DNA of 64,000 bases. Source: an uncultured bacterium (lineage in GTDB: Bacteria > SAR324 > NAC60-12). Below are positions 29,501-39,647 of this stretch, piece after piece (the stretch's first letter is position 1; the number at the start of each line of letters is the position of its first letter). The notes under the pieces were generated by a model. It saw only the letters and a program-made list of their open reading frames with translations, did no database searches and had not been told where the DNA came from. Made by a program: the position numbers and the translations under genes. The stretch spans positions 17,338 to 81,337 of the forward strand of contig CAXGMD010000004.1 of NCBI GenBank assembly GCA_964010765.1. Reading direction: 5' to 3'.

Positions 29501-31534
29501 ATGAAAAAACTTATAGCCATCCTGCTGCTTTTTGTATTTCTGGGAGGAAATACTGGAGTGGCTGAGGAAGACAAGCTCAATCAGGCGGTTGTTCGAGGGA
29601 TTGTGGAGCGATTTACATCGTTGCACTATGCACAGGTGCCTTTAAATGATGAATTGTCCAAAAGGATTTTCCAGCTCTACCTAGATTCCTTGGATTCTGG
29701 ACATTACTACTTCCTGGAATCTGATGTGAAAGAGTTTCGAGCTAAAGAGACCAGTTTGGATGACATGCTTCGGCGTGGTGATGTCACTTGGGCAATGGAC
29801 GTCTTCACACGTTTCCTAACCAGGCTCAGTCAACGTCAAGCGATGCTGGAATCTTTTCTGGAAGACGAGTTTGACTTCGACAAAGATGGTCAATGGAGAA
29901 TTGATCGGAAAGATGAGCCCTATCCTAAGAATGAAGATGAAGCGAAAGAGACTTGGAGGCTGAAAACAAAGTTTGACCTATTGACGCTCAAGTTGGCAGG
30001 CAATACGGATCAAGAGGCCAAGGACCGATTACTAAAGCGTATTCGATCCATATGGAAGGATTATTCTCAGTACACTGACGATGATGTAATTGCGCTTTAT
30101 CTAAATGCTCTTACACGCGCCTATGATCCTCATTCGACTTACATGGCTGCGGAGGATCTGAGGAACTTTGATATTTCGATCAAACTCTCTTTGGATGGTA
30201 TCGGTGCGGTGTTGCGCTGGGAAGATGGCTATACCGTTGTGAACTCGATTATTCCTGGTGGTGCAGCTGCACGGCATGGAAAATTAGCTGTCGATGATCG
30301 GATCATTGCTGTTGCACAAGGGACAGAGCCATTCGAAAGCGTAATTGATATGCGCTTGAATGACGTCGTTGAGCTGATCCGTGGACAGCGTGGGACCACA
30401 GTTCGTCTTCAAGTTATGCGCAAGAATGAAAACGGATTTGATACCCTCAATTTTGCTATAGTTCGCGATAAAATTATTCTGAAGGATGGTGAAGCTAAAG
30501 CAGAAATTTTTGAACCGACGGCATCTACTGAAGAAAGTCCTGCGGCTTACAGAATAGGAGTTATTGAACTACCTTCGTTCTATGTTGATTTCAATGACCG
30601 ACGACAGAATCCGAACAACTACAAGAGTTCATCTCGTGATGTTCGGGCTCATTTGGAGCAATTTAAGCGGGATGGTGTGGATGGAGTGATTTTAGATCTT
30701 AGAAACAATGGCGGTGGTGGTCTTGACGAAGCTATCACTATGGCCGGATTGTTTGTTGGCCGTAAGCCAATTGTGATTGTTCGTCAAGCCAGTGGTGCTA
30801 GGATTACAGTCCATCGCAGTCGAGAAGAAGCTATTTACGAAGGCCCGCTATTGGTCATGCTAAATCGCTTCAGTGCATCTGCCTCCGAAATACTTGCAGG
30901 AGCAATGCATGACTATCAACGAGCTATTTTAGTGGGTGACCGAACAACATTTGGTAAAGGTACTGTACAAAACATTGTGCAACTTCCTGAGGGCTATGGG
31001 GCACTGAAAGTGACCATTGCACAATTTTATAGGGTCTCCGGGTGGTCTACCCAAAATCGTGGTGTGGAAACAGACATGATCTTGCCATCCATTAATAATG
31101 CTCGTGATCTTGGGGAATCCACTTTAGAAAATGCGCTGCCTTGGAAAGCGATTTCACCAATCTCCTACACACCGGTCGGTAACATTCGACGCTACATTAA
31201 TGAGTTGCATCAGTATTCAAATGAGCGACTTTCCAAGGATACAGATTTCAAAGAAATTGAAGAGAATGTTCAGGAATTTTTGACCAATGTGAAGCCGCTG
31301 GAGTACACAAGTATTTTGAAAATGCAGGAAGACGCAGCAAAGCGAAAAGAGGAGAGGGACGAAGAGATGGCTAGTGCCCGCAAGACGATGGAGGATACCA
31401 CACAAGAAGATTCTGAGGAAGTGACGACTTCAAATGACGAAACAACCATTCGGAGTGATGCCTATCTTTTTGAAAGCATGGCCATCCTTGAAGACTACAT
31501 TCGCTTGCAGCAACGTGTAGAGGTTAAGAACTAA
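29501..31534 (+). CDS. carboxy-terminal processing (tail-specific) protease, S41 family
   Basis: Signal peptide, PDZ domain and S41 catalytic region (LDLRNNGGGG...). Stop overlaps the hpt start (TAATG). Confidence 0.8.
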   Translation: MKKLIAILLLFVFLGGNTGVAEEDKLNQAVVRGIVERFTSLHYAQVPLNDELSKRIFQLYLDSLDSGHYYFLESDVKEFRAKETSLDDMLRRGDVTWAMDVFTRFLTRLSQRQAMLESFLEDEFDFDKDGQWRIDRKDEPYPKNEDEAKETWRLKTKFDLLTLKLAGNTDQEAKDRLLKRIRSIWKDYSQYTDDDVIALYLNALTRAYDPHSTYMAAEDLRNFDISIKLSLDGIGAVLRWEDGYTVVNSIIPGGAAARHGKLAVDDRIIAVAQGTEPFESVIDMRLNDVVELIRGQRGTTVRLQVMRKNENGFDTLNFAIVRDKIILKDGEAKAEIFEPTASTEESPAAYRIGVIELPSFYVDFNDRRQNPNNYKSSSRDVRAHLEQFKRDGVDGVILDLRNNGGGGLDEAITMAGLFVGRKPIVIVRQASGARITVHRSREEAIYEGPLLVMLNRFSASASEILAGAMHDYQRAILVGDRTTFGKGTVQNIVQLPEGYGALKVTIAQFYRVSGWSTQNRGVETDMILPSINNARDLGESTLENALPWKAISPISYTPVGNIRRYINELHQYSNERLSKDTDFKEIEENVQEFLTNVKPLEYTSILKMQEDAAKRKEERDEEMASARKTMEDTTQEDSEEVTTSNDETTIRSDAYLFESMAILEDYIRLQQRVEVKN

Positions 31535-32067
31535 TGAGTGAAACAGAATTTCCTCCTTCTAACACTCTGCCAGTTCTGATTGATTCAGACCGAATCCGAA
31601 AACGTGTGGAAGAATTAGGGCGTAAAATTAGCGAGGACTATAAGAATCAACCTTTGGTCTTGCTTGTCGTACTCAAAGGTTCGTTTCTTTTCTGTGCAGA
31701 TCTGGCAAGACAACTTTCGATTCCGTGTCGTATCGAATTCATCCGAGCCTCAAGCTACAAGGATGCGAAGGTCAGTTCAGGGCAATTACAACTTTCTGAA
31801 CTGCCAGATCTACGGCATGCAAATGTTTTAGTTGTTGAAGACATCCTCGACAGTGGGTTGACTCTGCACAAAATTCTAGAGCACCTACGGTCAGAAAATT
31901 TGGCTTCCTTAGAAGTTTGTACGTTATTATCTAAGCAGATTCCTAGGGATATTCAGACTGAACCCAAGTACATTGGTTTTGAAATTCCCAACCGCTTTGT
32001 TGTCGGTTACGGTTTGGATTACGCTGAGCGCTACAGAGAAGTGCCTGACATCCGCTGTTTAGACTGA
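31534..32067 (+). CDS. hpt: hypoxanthine-guanine phosphoribosyltransferase
   Basis: PRPP-binding motif VLVVEDILDSGLTL; 177 aa. Confidence 0.85.
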   Translation: MSETEFPPSNTLPVLIDSDRIRKRVEELGRKISEDYKNQPLVLLVVLKGSFLFCADLARQLSIPCRIEFIRASSYKDAKVSSGQLQLSELPDLRHANVLVVEDILDSGLTLHKILEHLRSENLASLEVCTLLSKQIPRDIQTEPKYIGFEIPNRFVVGYGLDYAERYREVPDIRCLD

Positions 32068-32093
32068 TATTAACCCTCCAAAAAGTCATCTAT

Positions 32094-32366
32094 ATGAGCG
32101 TCAAAATTCGCCCTAACTGGAACTTTGAATCTCAAGATGAGGCTAATCAACTTTTGCTGCAACTCACTCTGGAAAATCGAGCCTACCTTGAAGCAATCTT
32201 GCAAAATTTGGCTTTTTTAACAGCGAAATCAACTGATACAGATGTAGAAGAATTGATGATGACGCTATGGCAGCAAGTCAAAGATACTGGCAGTCAGAAA
32301 TTTCAGGAATTGCAGCAAGATTACCACGCTAACAGAGTATCTAGTCAGCAAGATGAAGAAGGCTAA
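32094..32366 (+). CDS. hypothetical cytoplasmic protein (90 aa), first gene of a four-gene operon
   Basis: ORF whose stop overlaps the start of the next gene. Confidence 0.35.
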   Translation: MSVKIRPNWNFESQDEANQLLLQLTLENRAYLEAILQNLAFLTAKSTDTDVEELMMTLWQQVKDTGSQKFQELQQDYHANRVSSQQDEEG

Positions 32367-32838
32367 GCTCCTGATCCTCTCACTATTGCTGGCAAATTCT
32401 TCCCTATGGGCTATCGACGCTCAATCCCTTAAAGAGGAAGCTTTAGGCTTGTGGGATAAGTCTAAAGATGTTGCCGATACAGTAGGTGAGAAAGTGCGAG
32501 ATACTTGGGATGACAGTGAACCACTTAGGGAGGCAATTGGTGAAAAATCTGCTGAGCTTTGGGATGATAGTGAGCCGCTACGAGAGAATCTAGAAGAAAA
32601 AACAAAAGATGGTTGGCAGACCGCTAAGGAATGGTCGACAAAAAAATATGATGAACTGAATCGGTCAGAGGAAAATCCTGACAACTCAAGTGCTTGGTGG
32701 AATTTTTCTGATTCAGAAAAGAAAAGTGAGGATGATTCAGCAGTAGAAAACTCTTTGAAAGAACTATGGGAGAAGACGAAGGATGGTTCAAAACAACTAG
32801 GTGAGAAAATCCAAGAAAACACTAAAAGTCTCTTATGA
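32353..32838 (+). CDS. secreted repeat protein (WD(D/K)S...GEK amphipathic repeats)
   Basis: Signal peptide and about five tandem ~19-aa repeats that are also visible at DNA level. ATGA overlap with the downstream gene. Confidence 0.45.
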   Translation: MKKAKLLILSLLLANSSLWAIDAQSLKEEALGLWDKSKDVADTVGEKVRDTWDDSEPLREAIGEKSAELWDDSEPLRENLEEKTKDGWQTAKEWSTKKYDELNRSEENPDNSSAWWNFSDSEKKSEDDSAVENSLKELWEKTKDGSKQLGEKIQENTKSLL

Positions 32839-34508
32839 ACAGACTTCTTCTTGGATTATGGTGGTTCTTGATGATCCCGTTTGTTGTCAATGGACAGCAA
32901 GTTTCTCTGCAGGCAACAGGGGAGGGACTAAGCTCTGAAGAGGCACAGCAAGCAGCACTCGCTGAACTATCCTTTAGAATAGCTGCTAATGTTGAAAGCC
33001 AGATTGATTCAGCTCAAGAACTTCGAAATGAAGAATTCAACCAAACTGCAAGCCAACGGCTGAGCGTCACTTCAGAATTACCTATCCTTGGTAGTGCGAT
33101 TGAAATCACTGAAAAAGATGGATTCTACCTCGCTACTGCACGCCTTGACGCTGCTACCTCTCTGCCACTCTACGAACTCAAAATTGACGAACTAACTAAG
33201 GAATTAGACGATTCTTGGAAGATTGGAACAATTAGCGATCCAATTCGTGCGATCCCTAGCCTAAAAGCTGCTCTACCTGTTCTCGAAGAACTACAGTTGC
33301 TAAGACTGATTGCACGCTATCTGGGTGCAAAACTACCTCAACTTACAATAACTGTCACATCTATTAATGATCGAATAAAGCAACTTCAACAAAATCCACA
33401 GACGATCGAAGTTGCAGTTCAGATATTGGCTGATCCATGGAAAAATCTTGAAAAGGTGTATGTCTATCCCCCAGTACTCCGAGGATCAGAGGAAATCACA
33501 GAGTTTGCCGCAGTCTTTCGCAGTCGTCTTGCCAGCCAACTCAAGGAAGTCAGTCGTCCTGCTCAGTCGAAATTTCTTCTCCGTGGTGACTACCTGATTA
33601 CAGGCCGAGGGATAGACCTAACCTATCGGTTGCAGAATTGGAAAGGTGAAACTCTTGAGGCTGGTAGTGTCCAGTTAGCCCCTGCCGCGTACAATGGACT
33701 TGAAGTTAAGACATCGCCAAAGACTAATTCAAAGATAACTTCCACAACCTCTGTTGATCCAGATTCTTCTCATGCTTCCCTGATAGACAAGCCATCCAAG
33801 CCAGAAGGTCCTTCCTCAAAACCCTCTTGGACGGATCCTGTGACCGGAATGGAATACCGCTTCATTCTAGGGGGACAATTTGAGATGGGTGATATCTTCG
33901 GAGAAGGAAATCCTGATGAAAAATGGGTTCGAAATGTTGTGCTCGACTCCTATTGGGTCAGTACGACAGAAGTAAATCAGCAAGCCTGGGAGGAAGTCAT
34001 GGGGAAACCAGCCAGCCGAAATGCTTCATCAAGATACCCTGTGGAAGTAACTCTCTCAGAGGCTAATCGGTTCCTTAAAAAGTTAAATGAAATCAGCGCA
34101 GGTGAAGAATTTCGCTTGATTACAGAGGCTGAGTGGGAATACGCCTGCCGTGAAGGGGGAAGAAAAGTTCGCTTTGGGAACGGTAAAGATGAAATTTCCG
34201 AAACAGAATCTGCTTACTCCAAGGTGCCCATCCAAGTTGTGGGAAATTATGCACCAAATAGCTTTGGTTTGTTTGATTTCAGTGGAAATGTGTCAGAGTG
34301 GACAGCAGATAAATATCAAAAAAGTTATCGTGATCTGCCGGAGCTCAATCCGCTTTCCCAGAGTGGAAGAGGTAATGTGTTAAGGGGAGGTGGCATTGTC
34401 AATTTACTTCCAGGTGCCGAACCGAAGCACATTCGATGCAGTGCTCGCCAACAGTCCCGCAGCAGTCGGGATCGATTCGGTCTAAGAATTGTGCGGAAAA
34501 ATTACTGA
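32835..34508 (+). CDS. secreted protein with a C-terminal formylglycine-generating-enzyme (FGE-sulfatase/SUMF1) domain and an uncharacterised N-terminal domain
   Basis: Signal peptide. The C-terminal ~250 aa carry FGE-sulfatase motifs (YRFILGG...WEYACREGG...GLFDFSGNVSEWT...RGGG). Confidence 0.7.
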   Translation: MNRLLLGLWWFLMIPFVVNGQQVSLQATGEGLSSEEAQQAALAELSFRIAANVESQIDSAQELRNEEFNQTASQRLSVTSELPILGSAIEITEKDGFYLATARLDAATSLPLYELKIDELTKELDDSWKIGTISDPIRAIPSLKAALPVLEELQLLRLIARYLGAKLPQLTITVTSINDRIKQLQQNPQTIEVAVQILADPWKNLEKVYVYPPVLRGSEEITEFAAVFRSRLASQLKEVSRPAQSKFLLRGDYLITGRGIDLTYRLQNWKGETLEAGSVQLAPAAYNGLEVKTSPKTNSKITSTTSVDPDSSHASLIDKPSKPEGPSSKPSWTDPVTGMEYRFILGGQFEMGDIFGEGNPDEKWVRNVVLDSYWVSTTEVNQQAWEEVMGKPASRNASSRYPVEVTLSEANRFLKKLNEISAGEEFRLITEAEWEYACREGGRKVRFGNGKDEISETESAYSKVPIQVVGNYAPNSFGLFDFSGNVSEWTADKYQKSYRDLPELNPLSQSGRGNVLRGGGIVNLLPGAEPKHIRCSARQQSRSSRDRFGLRIVRKNY

Positions 34509-34836
34509 CGATCAAAATTTTCTGAAAAAAATGGCATTTCAATTTCACAGATATATGCGTACGCCGCATTCGGAAATCTATGGTATCTTCATTAGTGACC
34601 AAGTTGAAAAAGATCCAGTAGGAAGGGTAGATATTCATTACTCACTTTACGGTTTGGTCAATGGGTTAGTGGTGATGGAGCAAGCTTTGTCTGAAGCTGA
34701 GACAGAGGAACTAATTGCAAAAATCGATGATGAACTAGTGGAAATGACCACAATTGATGACGAGAATTTTGAAATAACGGTAGCCTTTGCCACTAAGGTT
34801 TTGACATTTGGCAAGGAAGAGATTGACGAGGAATAA
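34489..34836 (+). CDS. hypothetical acidic protein (last gene of the operon)
   Basis: ORF overlapping the upstream gene by 20 nt, with an acidic C-terminus. Confidence 0.35.
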   Translation: MCGKITDDQNFLKKMAFQFHRYMRTPHSEIYGIFISDQVEKDPVGRVDIHYSLYGLVNGLVVMEQALSEAETEELIAKIDDELVEMTTIDDENFEITVAFATKVLTFGKEEIDEE

Positions 34837-34878
34837 TCGAAAGCTATGGGATTTTCTTACAAAGTCCAGAAAGCTCAT

Positions 34879-34930
34879 AAGAACGGTTTGAATGTTAGTA
34901 CATCCAAAAATGGACTGAATGTAAGTTACA
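34879..34930. repeat. imperfect tandem direct repeat (AAnAAyGGnyTGAATGTwAGTwaCA x2) upstream of the ABC-F gene
   Basis: aagaacggtttgaatgttagtaca / aaaaatggactgaatgtaagttaca, read directly in the intergenic region. Confidence 0.3.
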
Positions 34931-35082
34931 CCTTGATGTGGGTTTTGGTAAGATTAATATCCCATTGCTTGGAAAGCGTAAAAAATTGCGCTGGACCAAC
35001 AAGGGAAGTGGGCTCTTTTCTCAATACCTCTGAATTTTCTTGGTTTAATTTGTAACCAAGTCTCCTCTTATAACACCTCAAA

Positions 35083-36861
35083 ATGAGCATTCTAGTCAGC
35101 GTCCAAGGCTTGACCAAGTCATATGGATTACTGCCCCTTTTTCAGGAATTGAGCCTGGGTTTTAACACAAATGAAAAAGTTGGGCTAATCGGTCCAAATG
35201 GTTCGGGTAAGTCTACGCTTTTGAAGATTCTTGCAGGTATGGAAGAACCAGACGATGGAGTTCTTTCTAGAAATCGACAATGTGAGATTACCTATCTTGC
35301 ACAAACGGAAGCCTTCTCGGATACAGCTACGGTTCAAGAATGTTTGGAAGAGAAAATTTCCCAGCATGTCAGTGCTTCAGAGCGACCTTTCAAAGTTCAA
35401 GAAACTTTAAGAACGCTTGGTATCCTTGATTCGCAAATCCCTGTTGGAGAACTATCTGGTGGTTGGCGAAAGCGTGTTGCGCTGGGCCAAGTATTAATCC
35501 AACAGCCAGATATGTTGCTGTTGGATGAACCAACAAATCATCTTGATCTGGAGGGAGTGCTTTGGCTGGAAGAGCTGCTAAGGCAGGCAACCTTCTCATT
35601 CGTCTTGGTGAGCCATGATAGAGAATTTCTACAGCATACGACGAACCAAACGATTGAACTGAATAAGAGCTATCCCTTAGGTTTTCTAAGAATTGATGGT
35701 CCATACGAAATATTCCAGGACAGGAAAGAGGAATTCATTCGGAACCAGCAAGCCCAGCAAGAGACGCTGGCCAATAAAATGCGCCGCGAGGACGAGTGGT
35801 TGAAAAGAGGCCCCAAAGCCAGAACTACTAAGGCTCGCTTCCGTGTTGAAAATGCGGAGGTGTTACGAAAAGAGTTGGATCAACTAAGGATGCTTAATTC
35901 TCAAAACCGCCAAGTAGGAGTCAACTTTGATGCATCTAATCGGAAAACTCGAAAATTAATAGAGTTACTTGATGTGACTTTTGGGTACCCAGCTAAGCCA
36001 CTTTTTTCCAAATTGAGTCTAACACTGCAAGCTGGCGTTTGCTTGGGCGTACTTGGTCAAAACGGTAGTGGGAAAAGCAGCCTTCTGAAGTTGATGAAGA
36101 AAGAAATTCAACCAGATCAGGGGGAAACGCGCTGGGCTGAAAATCTTAAGGTGGTGCACTTTGATCAACATCGCGATCAACTGTCACTGAATCAGACACT
36201 CAAACAGGCCCTATCACCGGCTGGGGATACAGTCATCTATCAGGAACGTCCTATTCACGTGGCAGCCTGGGCAAGCCGGTTCCTCTTTCCGAAAGAAAAG
36301 CTGACTCTTCCCCTCAGTCAACTTTCGGGTGGTGAACGTGCCCGTGTTTTGATTGCCAACCTGATGCTACAGCCAGCAGATGTTCTCCTACTTGACGAAC
36401 CAACAAATGATTTAGACATCTCTACTTTAGAAGTTTTGGAAGAGAGTCTAATGAATTTTCCCGGAGCGATTTTGTTGATTACCCATGACAGGTATTTGAT
36501 GGATCGGCTCAGCGACTACCTAATTTGTCTACAGGATGATGGAAGCGTTGATTTTTTTGCGGATTATGCGCAGTGGCAATTGCACCAGAGAGGGAACTCC
36601 ACAGGAACTGAACCTCAGAAAAAGATTCAACAAGGTGGTAAAAAGATTAGTTATGAAGACAGAAAAGAATGGCAAAGAATTGAAGGAAAAATCCAAAAAG
36701 CGGAGAGTGAGGTGGTCCAAATTGGAGCCCGGTTACACGCTCCAGAGAACCTAAACGATTTGGCAAAGCTACAGGAACTTTCTGATCAGTTAGTTGCAGC
36801 AGAAGGCAGAGTTCAGCAACTTTATGATCGATGGGCTGAGCTTGAGGAGTTGTTTGCTTAG
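35083..36861 (+). CDS. ABC-F family ATPase (two ABC domains, no TM domain; Uup/EttA-like)
   Basis: Two Walker A sites (GPNGSGKST, GQNGSGKSS), two LSGG signatures, an inter-domain linker and a C-terminal coiled coil. Confidence 0.85.
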   Translation: MSILVSVQGLTKSYGLLPLFQELSLGFNTNEKVGLIGPNGSGKSTLLKILAGMEEPDDGVLSRNRQCEITYLAQTEAFSDTATVQECLEEKISQHVSASERPFKVQETLRTLGILDSQIPVGELSGGWRKRVALGQVLIQQPDMLLLDEPTNHLDLEGVLWLEELLRQATFSFVLVSHDREFLQHTTNQTIELNKSYPLGFLRIDGPYEIFQDRKEEFIRNQQAQQETLANKMRREDEWLKRGPKARTTKARFRVENAEVLRKELDQLRMLNSQNRQVGVNFDASNRKTRKLIELLDVTFGYPAKPLFSKLSLTLQAGVCLGVLGQNGSGKSSLLKLMKKEIQPDQGETRWAENLKVVHFDQHRDQLSLNQTLKQALSPAGDTVIYQERPIHVAAWASRFLFPKEKLTLPLSQLSGGERARVLIANLMLQPADVLLLDEPTNDLDISTLEVLEESLMNFPGAILLITHDRYLMDRLSDYLICLQDDGSVDFFADYAQWQLHQRGNSTGTEPQKKIQQGGKKISYEDRKEWQRIEGKIQKAESEVVQIGARLHAPENLNDLAKLQELSDQLVAAEGRVQQLYDRWAELEELFA

Positions 36862-37680
36862 GGCATTATTCACATTCAGAAAGGTTGAAATTGTTCAGAT
36901 TACCTCATAATCCGATTGTACTAATCCGGAACCATAACTCTTGGTATGGAGGTGATTTAGGATGATTTCTGGAAGCGTATGTGCGCCGTATAAACGGTTG
37001 AATATCAGCGAGTCGGCCTAAGAACTGACTCTCGGATTGTCGATATATCCGAAGCCCAGCGTGGTTAAGCACGGGTGGTAACACCCTCGAAGATTCCGAA
37101 AGGAAGTGCCGAACATAGCATCCACGTTAGAAGGTCTATGAACGCATCAAGGTAGTTCAGGTGTAGGTGCGGATCAGGGCTAGACAGATATGGTTAAAGT
37201 TATACTACTTGAACCCAAAGACCTAGATGGAACTCCAGTCCTTTCAACCAAAAAGAGCTTAACGCTAGTGCGAAGATAGCGCCCTACGGTTGAAACTCTG
37301 CTGCAGGAGGAAGGAAATACGCCTTCCGACGGGACAGATCCACTTGAGACTGATCGACCAGCAGAGACACACTTCCATATCAAGTAGAACAGGTCTGAGT
37401 TGGGAACCTAAGTCTGTCGTATCTGAATTCAACTGGAAACACGGGATGGCCTGTAGCTGGTGAGAAGCGATTAAGTTCGTCTAACACCAGTATGGTCACG
37501 GAGTCTCAATAGTGCCCAACGTAGTCTTTGTAATGAGGGCTGCAGTCAGTACCCAATCTGACCTACCCACGACGTATAAGTCTAGTAGGTAACAAAAGAC
37601 GAAAACGGTCAACCGTAAGGAAGACAAGTGGGAGAAGGGGGAAGTGAGACAGCGTTTTAACATTACCAACCAATCAACAT

Positions 37681-37687
37681 AAGGAGG
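37681..37687 (+). promoter_or_regulatory. Shine-Dalgarno (AAGGAGG) for the intron-encoded ORF
   Basis: aaggagg sits 5 nt upstream of the ATG at 37692. Confidence 0.5.
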
Positions 37688-37691
37688 ACGG

Positions 37692-39602
37692 ATGTCCACC
37701 CAAAACCTTAGAAAGAGATTGGATGGTATAAGTAAGTGTTCGATCAATGGGGAAAGAGCCAGAGACTTATACAAGCTTCTGACAAATAAACCAAAGATCT
37801 GGGAACTGGCTTATGCCAACATCTCTTCTAATGATGGTGCAACCACCAAAGGAGTAGATGGGGTAACTGCTGATGGACACAGTGTGGAACGTAGTCAAGA
37901 GATTATGAACCAACTGCGAAATGGCACGTACCGTCCCAAGCCAACATGCAGGGTATACATTCCTAAGAGTAATGGTAAGCAAAGACCGCTTGGTATACCT
38001 ACATTCACAGATAAACTGGTTCAAGAAGCCTGCAGAATTATTCTGGATGCCATCTACGAACCAGTATTTTCTAAGTTCTCATTTGGATTCCGCAAAGGAA
38101 TCGGTACTCATGATGCCTTAATAAGCACACAGAAACGATTCCAAGGAACTAAATGGTTCATTGAGTTTGATATCAAAGGTTACTTCGACAACATCGATCA
38201 CCATATACTGGTAAAGCTGTTGAAGAAGAAAAACGACGATGAGCGCTTCATTGCACTCATTGGGTGGATGCTCAAGGCAGGATATACAGAGGATTGGAAA
38301 TTTAACAGAACCCATAGTGGTACGCCACAAGGAGGAGTTATCAGTCCTGTTCTCGCAAATATATACCTACATGAACTGGATGTATTCATAACAGACCTTT
38401 GTCAACAGACCCACAAGGGAAAAGAGAGAAAAGTCTATAAAGAGTACAAAGAACTAGATAAATCTAAACAACGGTTGCGCAGACATCTGAATCGAATGAG
38501 AGATGAAAATCTTGAAATCTATCCAGATAGCGAAAAGGGCCCACAGTCCTTTGATGCAGGCAAGACCAGGAAAGAACTAGTCAAAGAACTGGAAAAATTA
38601 ACTGATGAAACACTGAGGACAAGGAGATCTGACCCACTCGATCAGAACTTCCGAAGACTTCAGTACACACGGTATGCTGACGACTTCTTGCTAGGCTTCA
38701 TTGGAAGTAAAGCAGAAGCCGAAGTCATCATGAAAGGGATTAAAGAATTTCTCCAAAGAACACTTTCGTTAGAATGTTCAGAAGAGAAAACTAAAATTTC
38801 CCATCATAGCAAAGGAGCATTATTCCTTGGATACCATCTAGTGAGTCAAACTCTGAAAGCAAATGCCACCAGAGTTAAACGCCAGATGAAAGAAGGAACA
38901 ATGATTAGGAGAAGAAGACGGGGTATTGGTAAGATTGAATTACTAATACCGCCATCAAAAGTTAAGGAATACATGGAGCGCAAGCGATATGGAAAACTTA
39001 ACAATGGTAGCAACTGGGAAGCATTGCACCGTGCAGAGCTTCTGAATAACAGTGACTACGAAATCCTTGCCCAATATAATGGGGAAATGAGGAATTTTGC
39101 GGAATTCTGCAAAATTGGCATCAACTTCCACCAAGGATTAGGATTTCTACACTACATTGTTCAAACAAGTCTTGTGAAGACACTTGCTGCCAAGCACAAG
39201 ATTAGTCTAGCCCAAGTCTACAAACGTTATACAGACGGAAATGACAAACGTATAACGATAAAAGATGGCAAGTATCAGATACATTGGTTTAAGCTAAAAG
39301 ATATTAATCGAATAGCAAAAGCCAAAACAGATGTAGACAAAGAGTACAACTCCTCAATACATTCTGGACGATCTAAAATTGTCGAAAGACTTAACGCTGA
39401 AGAATGTGAATACTGCGGGAAAACTGGAGGTTACTTTGAGGTTCGCCATGTCCGGAAAATGGCAGACATCAAAGAAGGTAAAGAGAAATGGGAGAAAGTA
39501 ATGATTGCGAGAAATCGCAAGAAGATCGTTCTCTGCATCGAATGCCACGACCTGCTTCATGTAGGTAAACTTCCAGACTTTCGATGTAAAGCTAGCGCTT
39601 AA
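37692..39602 (+). CDS. group II intron reverse transcriptase/maturase with C-terminal HNH endonuclease domain
   Basis: RT domains including YADDFLLGF, a maturase (X) domain, and a C-terminal En domain (CEYCG...H...CIECHDLLH); 636 aa, uninterrupted. Confidence 0.9.
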   Translation: MSTQNLRKRLDGISKCSINGERARDLYKLLTNKPKIWELAYANISSNDGATTKGVDGVTADGHSVERSQEIMNQLRNGTYRPKPTCRVYIPKSNGKQRPLGIPTFTDKLVQEACRIILDAIYEPVFSKFSFGFRKGIGTHDALISTQKRFQGTKWFIEFDIKGYFDNIDHHILVKLLKKKNDDERFIALIGWMLKAGYTEDWKFNRTHSGTPQGGVISPVLANIYLHELDVFITDLCQQTHKGKERKVYKEYKELDKSKQRLRRHLNRMRDENLEIYPDSEKGPQSFDAGKTRKELVKELEKLTDETLRTRRSDPLDQNFRRLQYTRYADDFLLGFIGSKAEAEVIMKGIKEFLQRTLSLECSEEKTKISHHSKGALFLGYHLVSQTLKANATRVKRQMKEGTMIRRRRRGIGKIELLIPPSKVKEYMERKRYGKLNNGSNWEALHRAELLNNSDYEILAQYNGEMRNFAEFCKIGINFHQGLGFLHYIVQTSLVKTLAAKHKISLAQVYKRYTDGNDKRITIKDGKYQIHWFKLKDINRIAKAKTDVDKEYNSSIHSGRSKIVERLNAEECEYCGKTGGYFEVRHVRKMADIKEGKEKWEKVMIARNRKKIVLCIECHDLLHVGKLPDFRCKASA

Positions 39603-39613
39603 TAAAACGTGGA

Positions 39614-39647
39614 GAGCCGTGTGCAGTGAAAGTTGCAAGCACGGTTC
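39614..39647 (+). ncRNA. group II intron ribozyme domain V (catalytic hairpin)
   Basis: GAGCCGTGTGCAGTGAAAGTTGCAAGCACGGTTC matches the domain V consensus (AGC triad, two-helix stem with bulge and GAAA-type loop). Confidence 0.75.

Noticed and set aside
32421-32822. 133-aa Ser-rich ORF on the - strand
   Set aside because: It is antisense to the repeat-protein gene. The Ser richness is a reverse-complement artefact of the repeated GA-rich coding sequence.
37692-39602. Possibility that the reverse transcriptase belongs to a retron or diversity-generating retroelement
   Set aside because: The canonical group II domain V, the GUGCG 5' end, and the maturase X plus HNH En domains all identify it as a group II intron IEP. 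There are no msr/msd-like repeats and no VR/TR pair nearby.
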